Assembly: GCF_963676685.1 (NCBI RefSeq)
Contig: NC_092347.1
Span: 91,760,001 to 91,824,000, forward strand
Direction of reading: 5' to 3'
DNA length: 64,000 bases
Source: Mytilus edulis
Lineage: Eukaryota
Made by a program: the position numbers and the translations under genes. This document shows, piece after piece, positions 37,001-49,000 of the stretch (its first letter is position 1; each line of letters starts with the position of its first letter). Below the pieces are notes generated by a model. That model searched no databases. It saw only the letters and a program-made list of their open reading frames with translations, and was not told where the DNA came from.

Positions 37001-40000
37001 AACTGACTAAAATTAAAATAATCCGTGAATAGCTGATAAGACTTTTTCTTTATGTTAAGAAGTTAATGCCAAATTTTACCTTCAAAATTTTAAAAAAAAA
37101 GCGCATACGAGTATCGTATTTATTAATCTTAAGCAAACTCGAGTATATTGGAATATAAAGCTCGATAACATTTAATTCTTAAATTCAATCAATAAGGCGT
37201 ATGCTTAAAGACTCAACATCACTAATTTTCTGTTAATAATAATCCTACTTTCCTATGTTTATAACCCTACTTTCTCGTGGTAAATTATTCTAATTTCCCG
37301 TATATATAACCATTCGTTCCTGTTGTCAATATTCTTACTTTTCTGTTTTAATCACCCTATGTTCCTTTTTATATAAACCTACTTTGCGTGCTTAATTATC
37401 ATACTTTCCGTTGCTAATAATTCGACTTTCCCATTGTACATAACCCAACCTACCCGATGTTAATTATCTGGTGTGAATAATTTTACTTTCTTGTTGTAAA
37501 TACTCCTACTTTCGCCCTGTTAAAACACGATTCCCCAGTTATTAAAATCGTTATAGAATCAAAATCAACAGAAAAGTTATCTGGCGATTGTAGAAAAGAC
37601 GTAAATACATGCAAAATGTGTATTAGTTTTTTAGCAATGTTATGCACGTACTTGCATCATCAATCATAACAGTGTTATTCTTAATTAATGAAGACTACAT
37701 TTTACAATATATAACATCAATGTGTGGCAGTCAACCCCAACGATTAAAAATTAAACAACTTACAAATCAAACAACGAAAACACTTCAGAATGTGATAGAA
37801 TCAAACATTCTCGACATTAGCATGGCATTTTACACTTACTTGAATAAAATCACAACCGTTCGCTAATCACAGACAATGATGTGAAAGTTCCTAACATGAA
37901 GTTCCAGTAATAAGTATTTGATCAAATCTAAAAGTTATTGTAGCTATAGGTGGAAAATACAATGATATATTTTATTGTTTCTATTAATTCGCCTTAGTTT
38001 TCGGCAACTGGATCCCAATTATTGTCACATTAAACTATAATGTCAATTTTGGTTGTTATCCTAATTTGACAATATAACGTTTTACAACTTTTATACAAGG
38101 TTAAGCTAGCCAACATTTTGTCAGTAGGAATGACGAAACCTAGCCTTAATTATTACACATTCTTTTTGTTACAAACGTTGGTTTTGCCAGTTTTGTGGAC
38201 TTCCAATCTACAATTTCAGAAAATAAACTTATATTTCATTTAATTATTTATTGTTCCATCTATCTATAATAATGTAAGAGTTTCGTCAAAATTCTACTTG
38301 GCACATCAATTGCAAATAAATGAACCTGCTCCGCATCCCAATCTTTCTGCGTATTGTAAAGATTGGTGTTTACATGCGAAAGCATACAACCCTTATGATT
38401 CTTAACTGCAGAACATATAGAATCACGAAACTACATAATTTTGCAGAATCCCGTTTCCAAAGACGAATATCTAACAACCAAGAATTCTTTGTATTTAAAC
38501 ACTTGTAGAGCTATATGACCAAACAGGACCTAAGACAACAGGCCAAATCAATCTAAGAAAGGAGTAGGTCCGGTAAGGACCGATTTTGGCCTCAAATTTC
38601 ATGTTCATCTGACGAAAGATTTTGACCACTTTTTAAACACTGAAGTATCTATTTCATTTGAATCAAGTAGTTTATGTGGACGATTTTAACTGATTTAGTC
38701 ATTAAAAACGTTCCGATTCAAGCTCAAATATGACAAATCTACCAAATACGCCGAAAAATGTCACTTTTCAGATGTTTTTTGTCAAAAATGAAAGTGGCCG
38801 CATCCGTGTTCATCCTTAACCTTTATATATGTTATGTATTATCATCAAATACAACTTACATTTCAATATTAAGGATGAACACGAATGCGGCCACTTCCGT
38901 TTTACACGAAAACCGTCTAAAATTTAACTAAAATGATAGAATTGTGAAGATTTCAGTAATTTAGCATGACTTTATGGTTCTATTACCCGATATATGTGCA
39001 TTGTATTGTCAAAAACAGTCCATATTTATGTAGCAGAAGCATTCTACTGTCCAATAAATAACTAAAAGTTTACAATTTAACAATTTTGTAAAACTGCTAT
39101 ATTTTTGGGCCAAAAAGGGGTCTTACTGGACCTTCTCCTTTGCCTGAGGGAGTTGAAACTTTCTAAATAATTTTTAAATCTATAAATGGATAGTGTTTGT
39201 TACGAATTATGTCATTACCGAATTATTGACTACTGAGCTGATGAAAGCCTCTAGGGAAAAAAAGTAAATTAGCATTGATATCAACCATGGTTGTAAAAAA
39301 AAAATTTTTGCATCAGCTGGTCAGCTGAGGTCTTAATCCAGAAAGATTTCCGTATTACCGATGTCAATCTTAGTCGGGAAAGGACTGAATTGACAAAGGT
39401 TGAAGAAGGTGAAGTGTCGTATCAACAAGCTGCTTCTAATGTTGACTAAGTGCGAGAAACAACTGCATCGTGTACACAGATCTCTCTCAAATTCGAAAAT
39501 AAAAGGAACAACTGTAACCTGATTGATATTGTTTGACTAAAACAGTTCTACCACGGGCCGGAAATATATTCTTTCGTCGTGGACGGTAAAAATGGTGATA
39601 AAAAAATACAACACATAACTGTTTCAAAGGGAAAGGTGTTTCATTTAAGCCATCGAAATGAGTATTGTTATAGAAGACCTGGGTGAATTTAGAAAAGCTT
39701 ATATGCAATCGAATACAAATACGTACAAATTTAAAAAGGACTGAATAAAAAAGTATGAAAAAGCAACCAAGACCATGTGCTACGGAAATTTTATTAATCC
39801 CCCTTCCTATTCAATCCTTTTGGCTTCAATTCTATGGTCCGTGTAACAATCTTTACCATAATTGAAGTATTAACACACAAGTCAATTGTTAAAAGCAAAC
39901 TAGCACCTCTAACAGCGCCTGATTCGAAGATCAGAATACAATTTGACAGAGATAAGAAAAAAATTTGAAAGTCCGAAGAAAGATTCATTAATTGATGTGG

Positions 40001-43000
40001 TAGATATTCCGTAATCTCCACATCAATTATCCTCACAAAATAAAGAAAACATATAGTTTTTACTAAATGTCTATAGTCTGATGAAAATATTACTTATCTT
40101 AGCTCCTATTATCGGTTATCTTATAGCGTGTCGTTTACAGTCACTATTCCTTAATGCACATTTGATGACTGTTGTACCCAAATATTTTGCCATTTATATT
40201 TATTATGTCTAGATCTGTTTACTTTGTTCACCTATTGTGGTCAGTCTAGTGAAATTTAATGTGAATGTGATGCAAATGAGAGGTTTAGCAAGGTATAAAA
40301 CCATGTTCAATCCACCATTTGTTTTACATCAGGAAATGTATGTACAACGTCCAGAATGTGACAATTGTTTTTTATTCATTTGGTGTGTTTGGACATTTGA
40401 TAAGCGACTTTCTGTTTTGATTGTTCCTTGAAGTTCGGTATTTTTGTTATTTTACTTACAATGACGACTTGCTTGAAAATCTATCATAAGGAGATGGAAT
40501 TTTTTTTATTTTTATTGTACTTCCAATCACTTCAATCTCCTCAAGTTTAAAACAGATAGATTGTGTTGTTCCAGATTTCTTGAAAATTTGTTTATCAAAT
40601 CAAAGATTGCAACTAACTGCCTTATTTTTTGTTGTTGAAAAAAGCAAAATAAAGATTCATATGTGACCACATCCCATTTATAATTCATCAAACTCAAACT
40701 TGATCGGTGTATTGTGGTGATCTAGGTACTGAGCTACTAGGCTGGTGATAACTTCAAAGACTAACATTTCTTCATGAGATATTATTATTTTTGCATGGTT
40801 TCTTGCGGATTTGCTCTTACCCCAGTTGTATGAACAACATTTTACTGCATCAGATGCACATTGCAATAGTTGATCTGTTTCAGTGATGCTCAAGGTCAAA
40901 ATGTTTGGAAGTTATTGGTTATACTATGTTGAAAAATTATACAAGACTATTGTACTTTGGTATAAAAATAAAATTGTAGATGGCTAAATTCAAAGTCAAA
41001 AGTCAAGATTTTATATGCAGAACATTCACTTATAAAAAGCCAAATTGTGGTTTCTAAGATTAATATTCGTGAACATAGTTGCTTAAATTCGTATTCTTAG
41101 CAGTCAACACTATGAACAATACTGAAACAGCAGAGATGAATGAGACATTTCAAGATCATGCTGTAGTAAATCCTGTCAATATATATAATAATCATTTGAA
41201 TTCCCCGGCATGTATAGTCAATAGACAAAGACTATAGAAGTTTACCTTTGTTCAATAGTCATAAATCGATAAGACAGAAACAAATCCTGATAACAAACCA
41301 AACTGATGGGGAACATCAACTATAAGAGCAAACTAAACGGAACAATAGAACATTGAACTGCTACAATAACAAACGTCAACATACACTGAAACCAACTACA
41401 TATGTGATAACAGTTGCCATATTCCATTCATTAAATATATTCATATTCATATAAACACTTTTACTGCAACAAATGCTTATTTCAACAAACTGGGCTTAAA
41501 GTTTTACGAGATTGTTAACAAAAAAATAATTTAGTAATGATTATAATGTCAATTTCATGAACAAGAAAGTTATAAACTAATGTGTCATCAAATCATTCAA
41601 ATTAAATTAACCTGGATCAGTCTGATTCATACGTAATTTTCCTTATTTCATTGTCCAGTTTGTTTATCATTTCCTTGTAAAAATGTTGATTGGCATGCTA
41701 AATTCTTATGATCACTAATACACTAAGACCTGTCTGATCAAATACTAACTATACCTGAAAACTGTGAATTGTAAATGCAAATGTAACAGAGACAACAACT
41801 CTACCAAAGAGCAGAAAACAGATTAAGGCCACCGATGGGTCTTTAATACAACAAGAAACCCTGCACCCGGAAGGTGGCTTCAGCTTGCCCCTGAACACAA
41901 ATTTCTACATTTTCAATGAATAATGGGCGTAACAAAAAACTCCCAAACATAAAAATGAAATAATATATTTTGAACCTGTGTGAACTGAACCTCTATTTAA
42001 AGGGAATGAACTCTTTGTTTGTGAAGGAAACAGCTTAGACAAATTTTACTATGTTAATATATGGCATCATGATTGTAGTGATAGGTAAACTGGTGTATGG
42101 CTCAAATGATGGATGTAGTAAAACTGTAGATCTACAACTGTCGACACTTTAAATGCACTGCACATGAAAATTGTAATCTTGGGCTGATCAGATATGTGTA
42201 TGACCTACACGGAAAAAATAAATGAAAAAGATAAAGGGGAAGTCTTAAGCTTCAGAAATGAGTATATTGGGACATTGACAAAAGATATTGCTCCATAGAC
42301 ATACTTTTCATGCCTTAGTATTGAAACTCTTATAAAATAAAAGTTGAAATATAATACTCAATAGGCATACAGGAAACTAATAGTAAGCATGCATGTACAT
42401 AAACAAAAGAAATGAAAAATACAGATTTTATTTCTTAAAAGATAACAATGTAAACATTATAACAAAACTACATTTGGTCTCATTCTATAAAAGTGATTTC
42501 TAATGCTGGTATCTGATATGATTGTATTATTTGTTTAAACCACCACATGACCCCTTACATGTTGGGATGCTAAATTCCTCATTATATCTAAGAAACAAAA
42601 TGTTGAAACATGTAGATGCTTCTAATTTGATCTCACCTTGTGATAATTAATCCCAGATTTAAAATGCAGTAATAAATGAATTTTGATACTTATTTTCATT
42701 AAAAGTTATAAAACTACAAATTAAATCTAAATTTTCAAAATGACAAATTCTTTGCATCCGTTTCACAAACTGAATATAAGATTCAAAGAGCATTTTATAA
42801 GTATATATGATACAGAAATATTAATTATCCAATTTTTAAATTTTATTTTCAAATATTTAGAGAAAGATTGATAAAGGTACCTCTAAGACAAGGTGGAACC
42901 AATAAAGCATATATGGATATTAAGATGAAAACATTCCTTAATGAGGGTTAAAGGTCATAAATATATCAAATCAAGCAATACTCACATAGCTTAGTGCAAA

Positions 43001-46000
43001 ATTAAATGGAACTGTTTTCCTATTTTCATATAAAATATATTAAAGCTTTCTCTTAAAATTGAAATACTTTTCTATCAAGTTTATAATAATTTTTACAGTT
43101 TCTATTTTCATTTTTAACAAACATGATAAAATTTCATTACATATTCATGATCATCAACAGGTACTTTTTCTTGTTTACAATACATAGAATTGGATCCCTG
43201 TTCTGAATAGTTAATGCATTTTCTACAGATCCATGTAAATTATATATGTGTGCCCAGATTGCCCATTGTATTTCAATTGATAATATGTGAAAAAAATTTG
43301 GTGTGTGCTTATGTTATTTGTTAAAGATTATCTAACAAATGTGGTTCATGGAATGTAAGTAAAATCAGTGAATGTATATTTTTTTTATAGTATCTTATGA
43401 CATTTGTATTTAAAGATGTAATTGTTTCATTACAGTTGTCTTTATGAATTTCTACATGAACTCTATTTTCACTTTTCCAAGAGTTTGCTGGAATCCATCA
43501 TTGTACATTAAACTGATTTTCATTGAAAGTATATTGCTGACAATTTTTTCTACTTTTGAAATGATATTGATTGTGAAGCGTCCAAGTATATTTCTATGAA
43601 CTCAATATAAAAAGTTATTTTGATTTCTAAGTGATGCTTGTGTTAAATGAGATTAATTTGTCAAGGTTTTATATACAGAATAATAAGTTTTACAATCTTC
43701 AGTAAAATAATATAATAACTGACATTTAAGCTCTGAACAGAAAGCAATTATTTGCAACCCATCTTAAATCCCTGATTGAATATAAGAAAATATCTTATTT
43801 ATTTCATAGACCCTAGTCCATACAAATTTCTAAATTATTGTTACTTATTATGGATTTATTCAGACAAACTAAATGTTTTGGCTAAAATCCCTTCTAGGTC
43901 AAAACTAGGGTCATACCAGTATGCAGAACGTTTTTGATTTAAAAGCTGAGCTACTATCAAAATTATATGTCATAGGTTGTGCACATCAAACTTTTTATTA
44001 GAACTAATTAAGATATATGTTTATTAAAAAAAAAATGTGGAAATACATAAAATAAAAATATTGCAACTGCTACAATTTCCCCCATTTCACAATGAATTAA
44101 TACTTGTTGTAGCACATTTCTCATCATGCTTAAAAAATAAACAAAATTAAGCCAGAGTAAAATTCACAATACAACAAAGGACAAACTGAAAAGTGGATTT
44201 CACAGAGAGGACAACAGTCTTACTTGTCTACAGTAGTTCCATATAAACCATGTTTATTAACATAATCTATCACACAGTCTTGTAGTAAATATTTAACACT
44301 ATCTCCTCTTCGTAAAGATCTCCTGAAAAATATGTATGTTAGACAATAATATATAAAGCCATCGTCAGAAAAAATTAAAATAACAGACTTGTGATATTTG
44401 TATACTTCTGTTAAAAATTAACGATATAAATAACAAAAGTATTTGTTCCTTATAGTATCTTTTATAGCTCAGATGTCAGTGATTTGGTGGCCCGAGAACA
44501 CAGTTATTTCGTAGTGCATTTCTTTTAGACAATGAATTCAAATTAAAAAAATCGCACCTGCTCTTTCTCAAAAAGATTTTTAGGGAAGTGTACTACTAGT
44601 GGGATAAATAATATCAAAATTATAGAAATTTCTACCAGTTCTTACTCAACACTTGACAATTCTGTGTTAAGGGGGTGTAAAATTCAGTTTGACAGCTTCA
44701 GTTGTAATGAAATTTGACCTTTTTTAACCAGACCAAATCACTACTTACATAAAGATTCAGCACCCAATTTTTTTTTAAATGTAATTTCATCCCCCTACTT
44801 AATATTTCAAGCATTAAATATCAAGAAATAAATTGGGAAAGTGTATCAAATAAAAAATGCAAGTTATACATGGTTCATGCTAGGGACTATATTGGTAGAC
44901 AACGAAAACCAAAGGACGATAACTGTGTCCTTGGACCTGGTAATGACATTTTTCATTCCCATTTGATAATAAAAAATTTATGCAGAGAAGTTCCAATTCC
45001 CTCAGACAACACTTATCTTGGATGCATTTTGGTTTTGTTTTTAGGTCCCTTATAGTCAATATAGTTTCTAATATTTTCTATGTATCAAATAACGCTGCCT
45101 TTCAAATGTTAAGGTTTGAGCCTTCCTGTTGAAGGTAATTCCAAAGAAAAAAGTTTCTGCTGAAAATAATTTATACAGTGATATTTTAAATAAGAAAATA
45201 TCTAACTATAAGGCAATTACCTAAACTTTCAACTTAATGTAGTTTTTAAAATAAGCTGCATACACATAGTATTAACTCAATCCTTACCTAATTTTTGTAG
45301 AACTTATATCATTATGTATCCATTCTGTTAGTATATGAATATTGTCCTGTAAAATAGTTATCATAATAAAAATTAATTTAAAAAAAATATAGAGAACAAA
45401 GAACTGATCTAAAAAAAATTCTGACAATTATTATCCTTATATTTTTGTGTTGTCAATTTTGTGAATTTCAATTTAGATTGAATCTGTGATGTTGAAACAT
45501 TGTTTTCTTATTCCATAATTTAATTCTAACTATGTATGTACAATATACATTGTATATAAACAAAAGAGGTGACTGAGTGTCAAGATCAACCATGTAAGTG
45601 AAAGGTTTACGTTGAATATGTAATGAGCAACTGATTTATCTCATATTGTGCAACTATATTTGAACTATATAATGTTGGAGCTCAGTTTTCATATGTATTT
45701 GGTTCAACAAAAAGCATCTTCTCAAATAGCCTCTAATTTCCATTTTAATGTACTTGCTGCAGGGAACGTAAAAGTATGAAATAAGTTTTCCTGTCAGAAG
45801 TTTTAAAAAATTTCCACTAAATGTATCTGATTCAATAGACATTCAGGCTTTTTTTCACTTGCATTTTCTGTTTTCAATGTAGATATCTATCTGTGACATA
45901 CAATGACCTACCTCATATTTAGTTAAAACATCAGATTCATATATAAACTTTCTAGGATCAGAGCCTTCTCTTGTTATACACACTAACCCGTGTTTACCAA

Positions 46001-49000
46001 CTATATACTCAATCTGTAACATAATCAAGCTTTATTAAACTTTAAACCAAACATCAATGAATTATTAATTAACATACAGAAACCAATGATATAATATGCC
46101 ATTCAATTTTACCCTTTTCATTTTTGTTTTATAAAAAAATTGGTTGCAAATTTAAAATGAAAAAGTAAGTAATAACATAAAGATAACACATAGCTGAGAG
46201 GATGACAGAGCAGACTGACAAAACGTTGTAAACCGAGGTGATTGACAATGTGTTTTCAAGGGGTAACAATCTACAGTATAACCCTCTTAATTTTATATGT
46301 GTGCCTAAATGTTCAGTTATTACTGCCTATTAAATTTCTAATTCAACATCATAATCATAATCATTTAATAAAGCACACAATTGACCAAGCATCTCTGTGA
46401 ATGGTAATAGAGTAAATTATCTCCCTTGTATAAACCTATCAAAATCAGGCATTTAAACTTGAAGTATAATAACCAATGATATTTCACTTCAACAATAGAG
46501 GGCAACTATAATAACTTTCTCATACTGTAACATGACAGTCAATAGTAGTATAAGTGAAAATCATTATCATAATATCTTTACAGTGTCAGTTTTATTTCAA
46601 TTCTGACATTTAAATATCTTACATCTTCTTCTGACCAAAGTCCAGGTGTACCAAAGGACTCCAATAAATCAGCACCACATAACAGACGTAGATTGACGGA
46701 ATTATCTGATTTATTTCTTAAATTGTGATTAGCATTGTCATCATCTGTAAAACAAATATTTACATTTTAACAGTTTGTTCTTATATAGTGCTGTAACACT
46801 ACTGATCCAGGTAAGGGGAGATAGAGGGTTCCTAAATGTCTTACCCAAAACATTCTATAAGCCAGTATCAAGTCAGGAGCCTGTAATTGAGTGGACGTCT
46901 TTGGTTGCTGTCTTACATATTTGCACTTCTTTTATCAGTCAGGGGACTTACTTAAACAAGTGATTTTCTAAATCACTGATTCAAGTAACATTATTTCCAT
47001 AAAAGTTGGAAGTTAGAGTTGTCTTTCTTTAATAATCACCTATTTAAGTAGTACAAATTAATCACTAGAAGAAGTGATTTAATATTAGTGTAGCTTTAAA
47101 TATAGAATACTAATGATCCAGGGACTAATTATGTTTCTAAACTTATCAGAACCAACATCTGTGTTGTCTAGGATGACCAGGTCATTTCAGGTGATGACCT
47201 TGTACTGAATCTAGGATAATGACATAAAAATCACTTGTTTAAGTATCAGACCCCAATTTCCTTCCCAAAAAGCACTTCTTTAAGTACATTCTTTAATAAC
47301 CCCAACTAATTTCAACACCCCCGAACAGTGAAATTTTTATCACGAACAGTAGAATTTTATTACATAATCTAAAAGATGAAACCTTGAACTTCACAGGAAA
47401 AATACTCCCACTGCTGTGAAAAATCTTTTAAGAAAGTATCAGCTCATTATGTAAAGCCATTATTATAGCATTTTTTCAACTAAAATAGAGTTTTCAGGTA
47501 AATGATAGCATCAAAGGCACAAACCTTGCTACTTAAAAGAAGCAAAAAGTTCATATTTTTTAATTTTACTAATTAAAAGATGTTATTTAATAATACTTTT
47601 AGATATTTGGATGATATTTTGGCTCTCAATAATGACGACTTCAGTATGTATATTAATGAAATTTTTCCTGTTGAACTTACTTTAAATAAAGCTAATACTA
47701 ACAATGACCACTGCCCTTTTCTCGATCTTGATATCTATATCACTAATGGAAAGCTGAATACTAAAATTTATGATAAAAAGGGATGATTTTTCATTTCCGA
47801 TCGTTAATTATCCGTTTTTAGATGGTGACGTTCCCTTGTCACCATCTTACGGTGTTTATATATCTCAACTTGTACGATTCGCTCGTGTATGTAACAATGT
47901 TTTAGATTTTAACGAGAGAAATTTATGTATTACTGAAAAATTATTACACCAGGGTTTTCGATATCACAAACTAGTCAAAACATTTACTAAATTTTATCAT
48001 CGGTATAAAGACATCATTCGTAAATATAGCTCAACATGCAGACTTCTAATACGTTCAGGTATTTCACATCCAATTTTTTATGGAAATATTCTTTATAAAG
48101 CACAAAGGTGTCAGTATTCACATCAGAAACTTACAAAACCTTTGAATAGACTTATTAAGAAGGGATATAATTACGATACTGTTGTCAAGTCATTAAAGAT
48201 TGCATATTTTGGCGTTAATATTGAGTCACTGATAAGGTCTTTGCATCGGAACTAAACACATTTATTCTAAAAACAGTTGTTGGCATGACACGGGTTATGT
48301 TCTTCTCATATATGTTATGATGGTATGATACTAAACCCCTAACGGGAAGGATTGTGCCTGATGTTCATATGATGAAATCATAATCTTTCAGTCAGTTTAA
48401 TTGAAGTCTGGAGCTGGCATGTCAGTTAACTGCTAGTAGTCTGTTGTTATTTATGTATTATTGTCATTTTGTTTATTTTCTTTGGTTACATCTTCTGACA
48501 TCAGACTCTGACTTCTCTTGAACTGAATTTTAATGTGCGTACTGTTATGCGTTTACTTTTCTACATTGGTTAGAGGTATAGGGGGAGGGTTGAGATCTCA
48601 CAAACATGTTTAACCCCGCCGCATTTTTGCGCCTGTCCCAAGTCAGGAGCCTCTGGCCTTTGTTAGTCTTGTATTATTTTAATTTTAGTTTCTTGTGTAC
48701 AATTTGGAAATTAGTATGGCGTTCATTATCACTGGACTAGTATATATTTGTTTAGGGGCCTGCTGAAGGACGCCTCCGGGTGCGGGAATTTCTCGCTACA
48801 TTGAAGACCTGTTGGTGACCCTCTGCTGTTGTTTTTTATTTGGTCGGGTTGTTGTCTCTTTGACACATTCCCCATTTCCATTCTCAATTTTATTTAAACC
48901 TATGTGTTTAAAATTTTGAAAAAACTACAAAATCCCAATTTGTGACAAAACCTCGAATTTGCTATTCAAATAAGTGATTTAAAAATCACTTATTTCAGTA

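Noticed and set aside
48763-48790. Hammerhead core in the PLE 3' region (CTGAAGGA..GGAA)
   Set aside because: Does not match CUGANGA..GAAA spacing. Reported instead as an unnamed motif.
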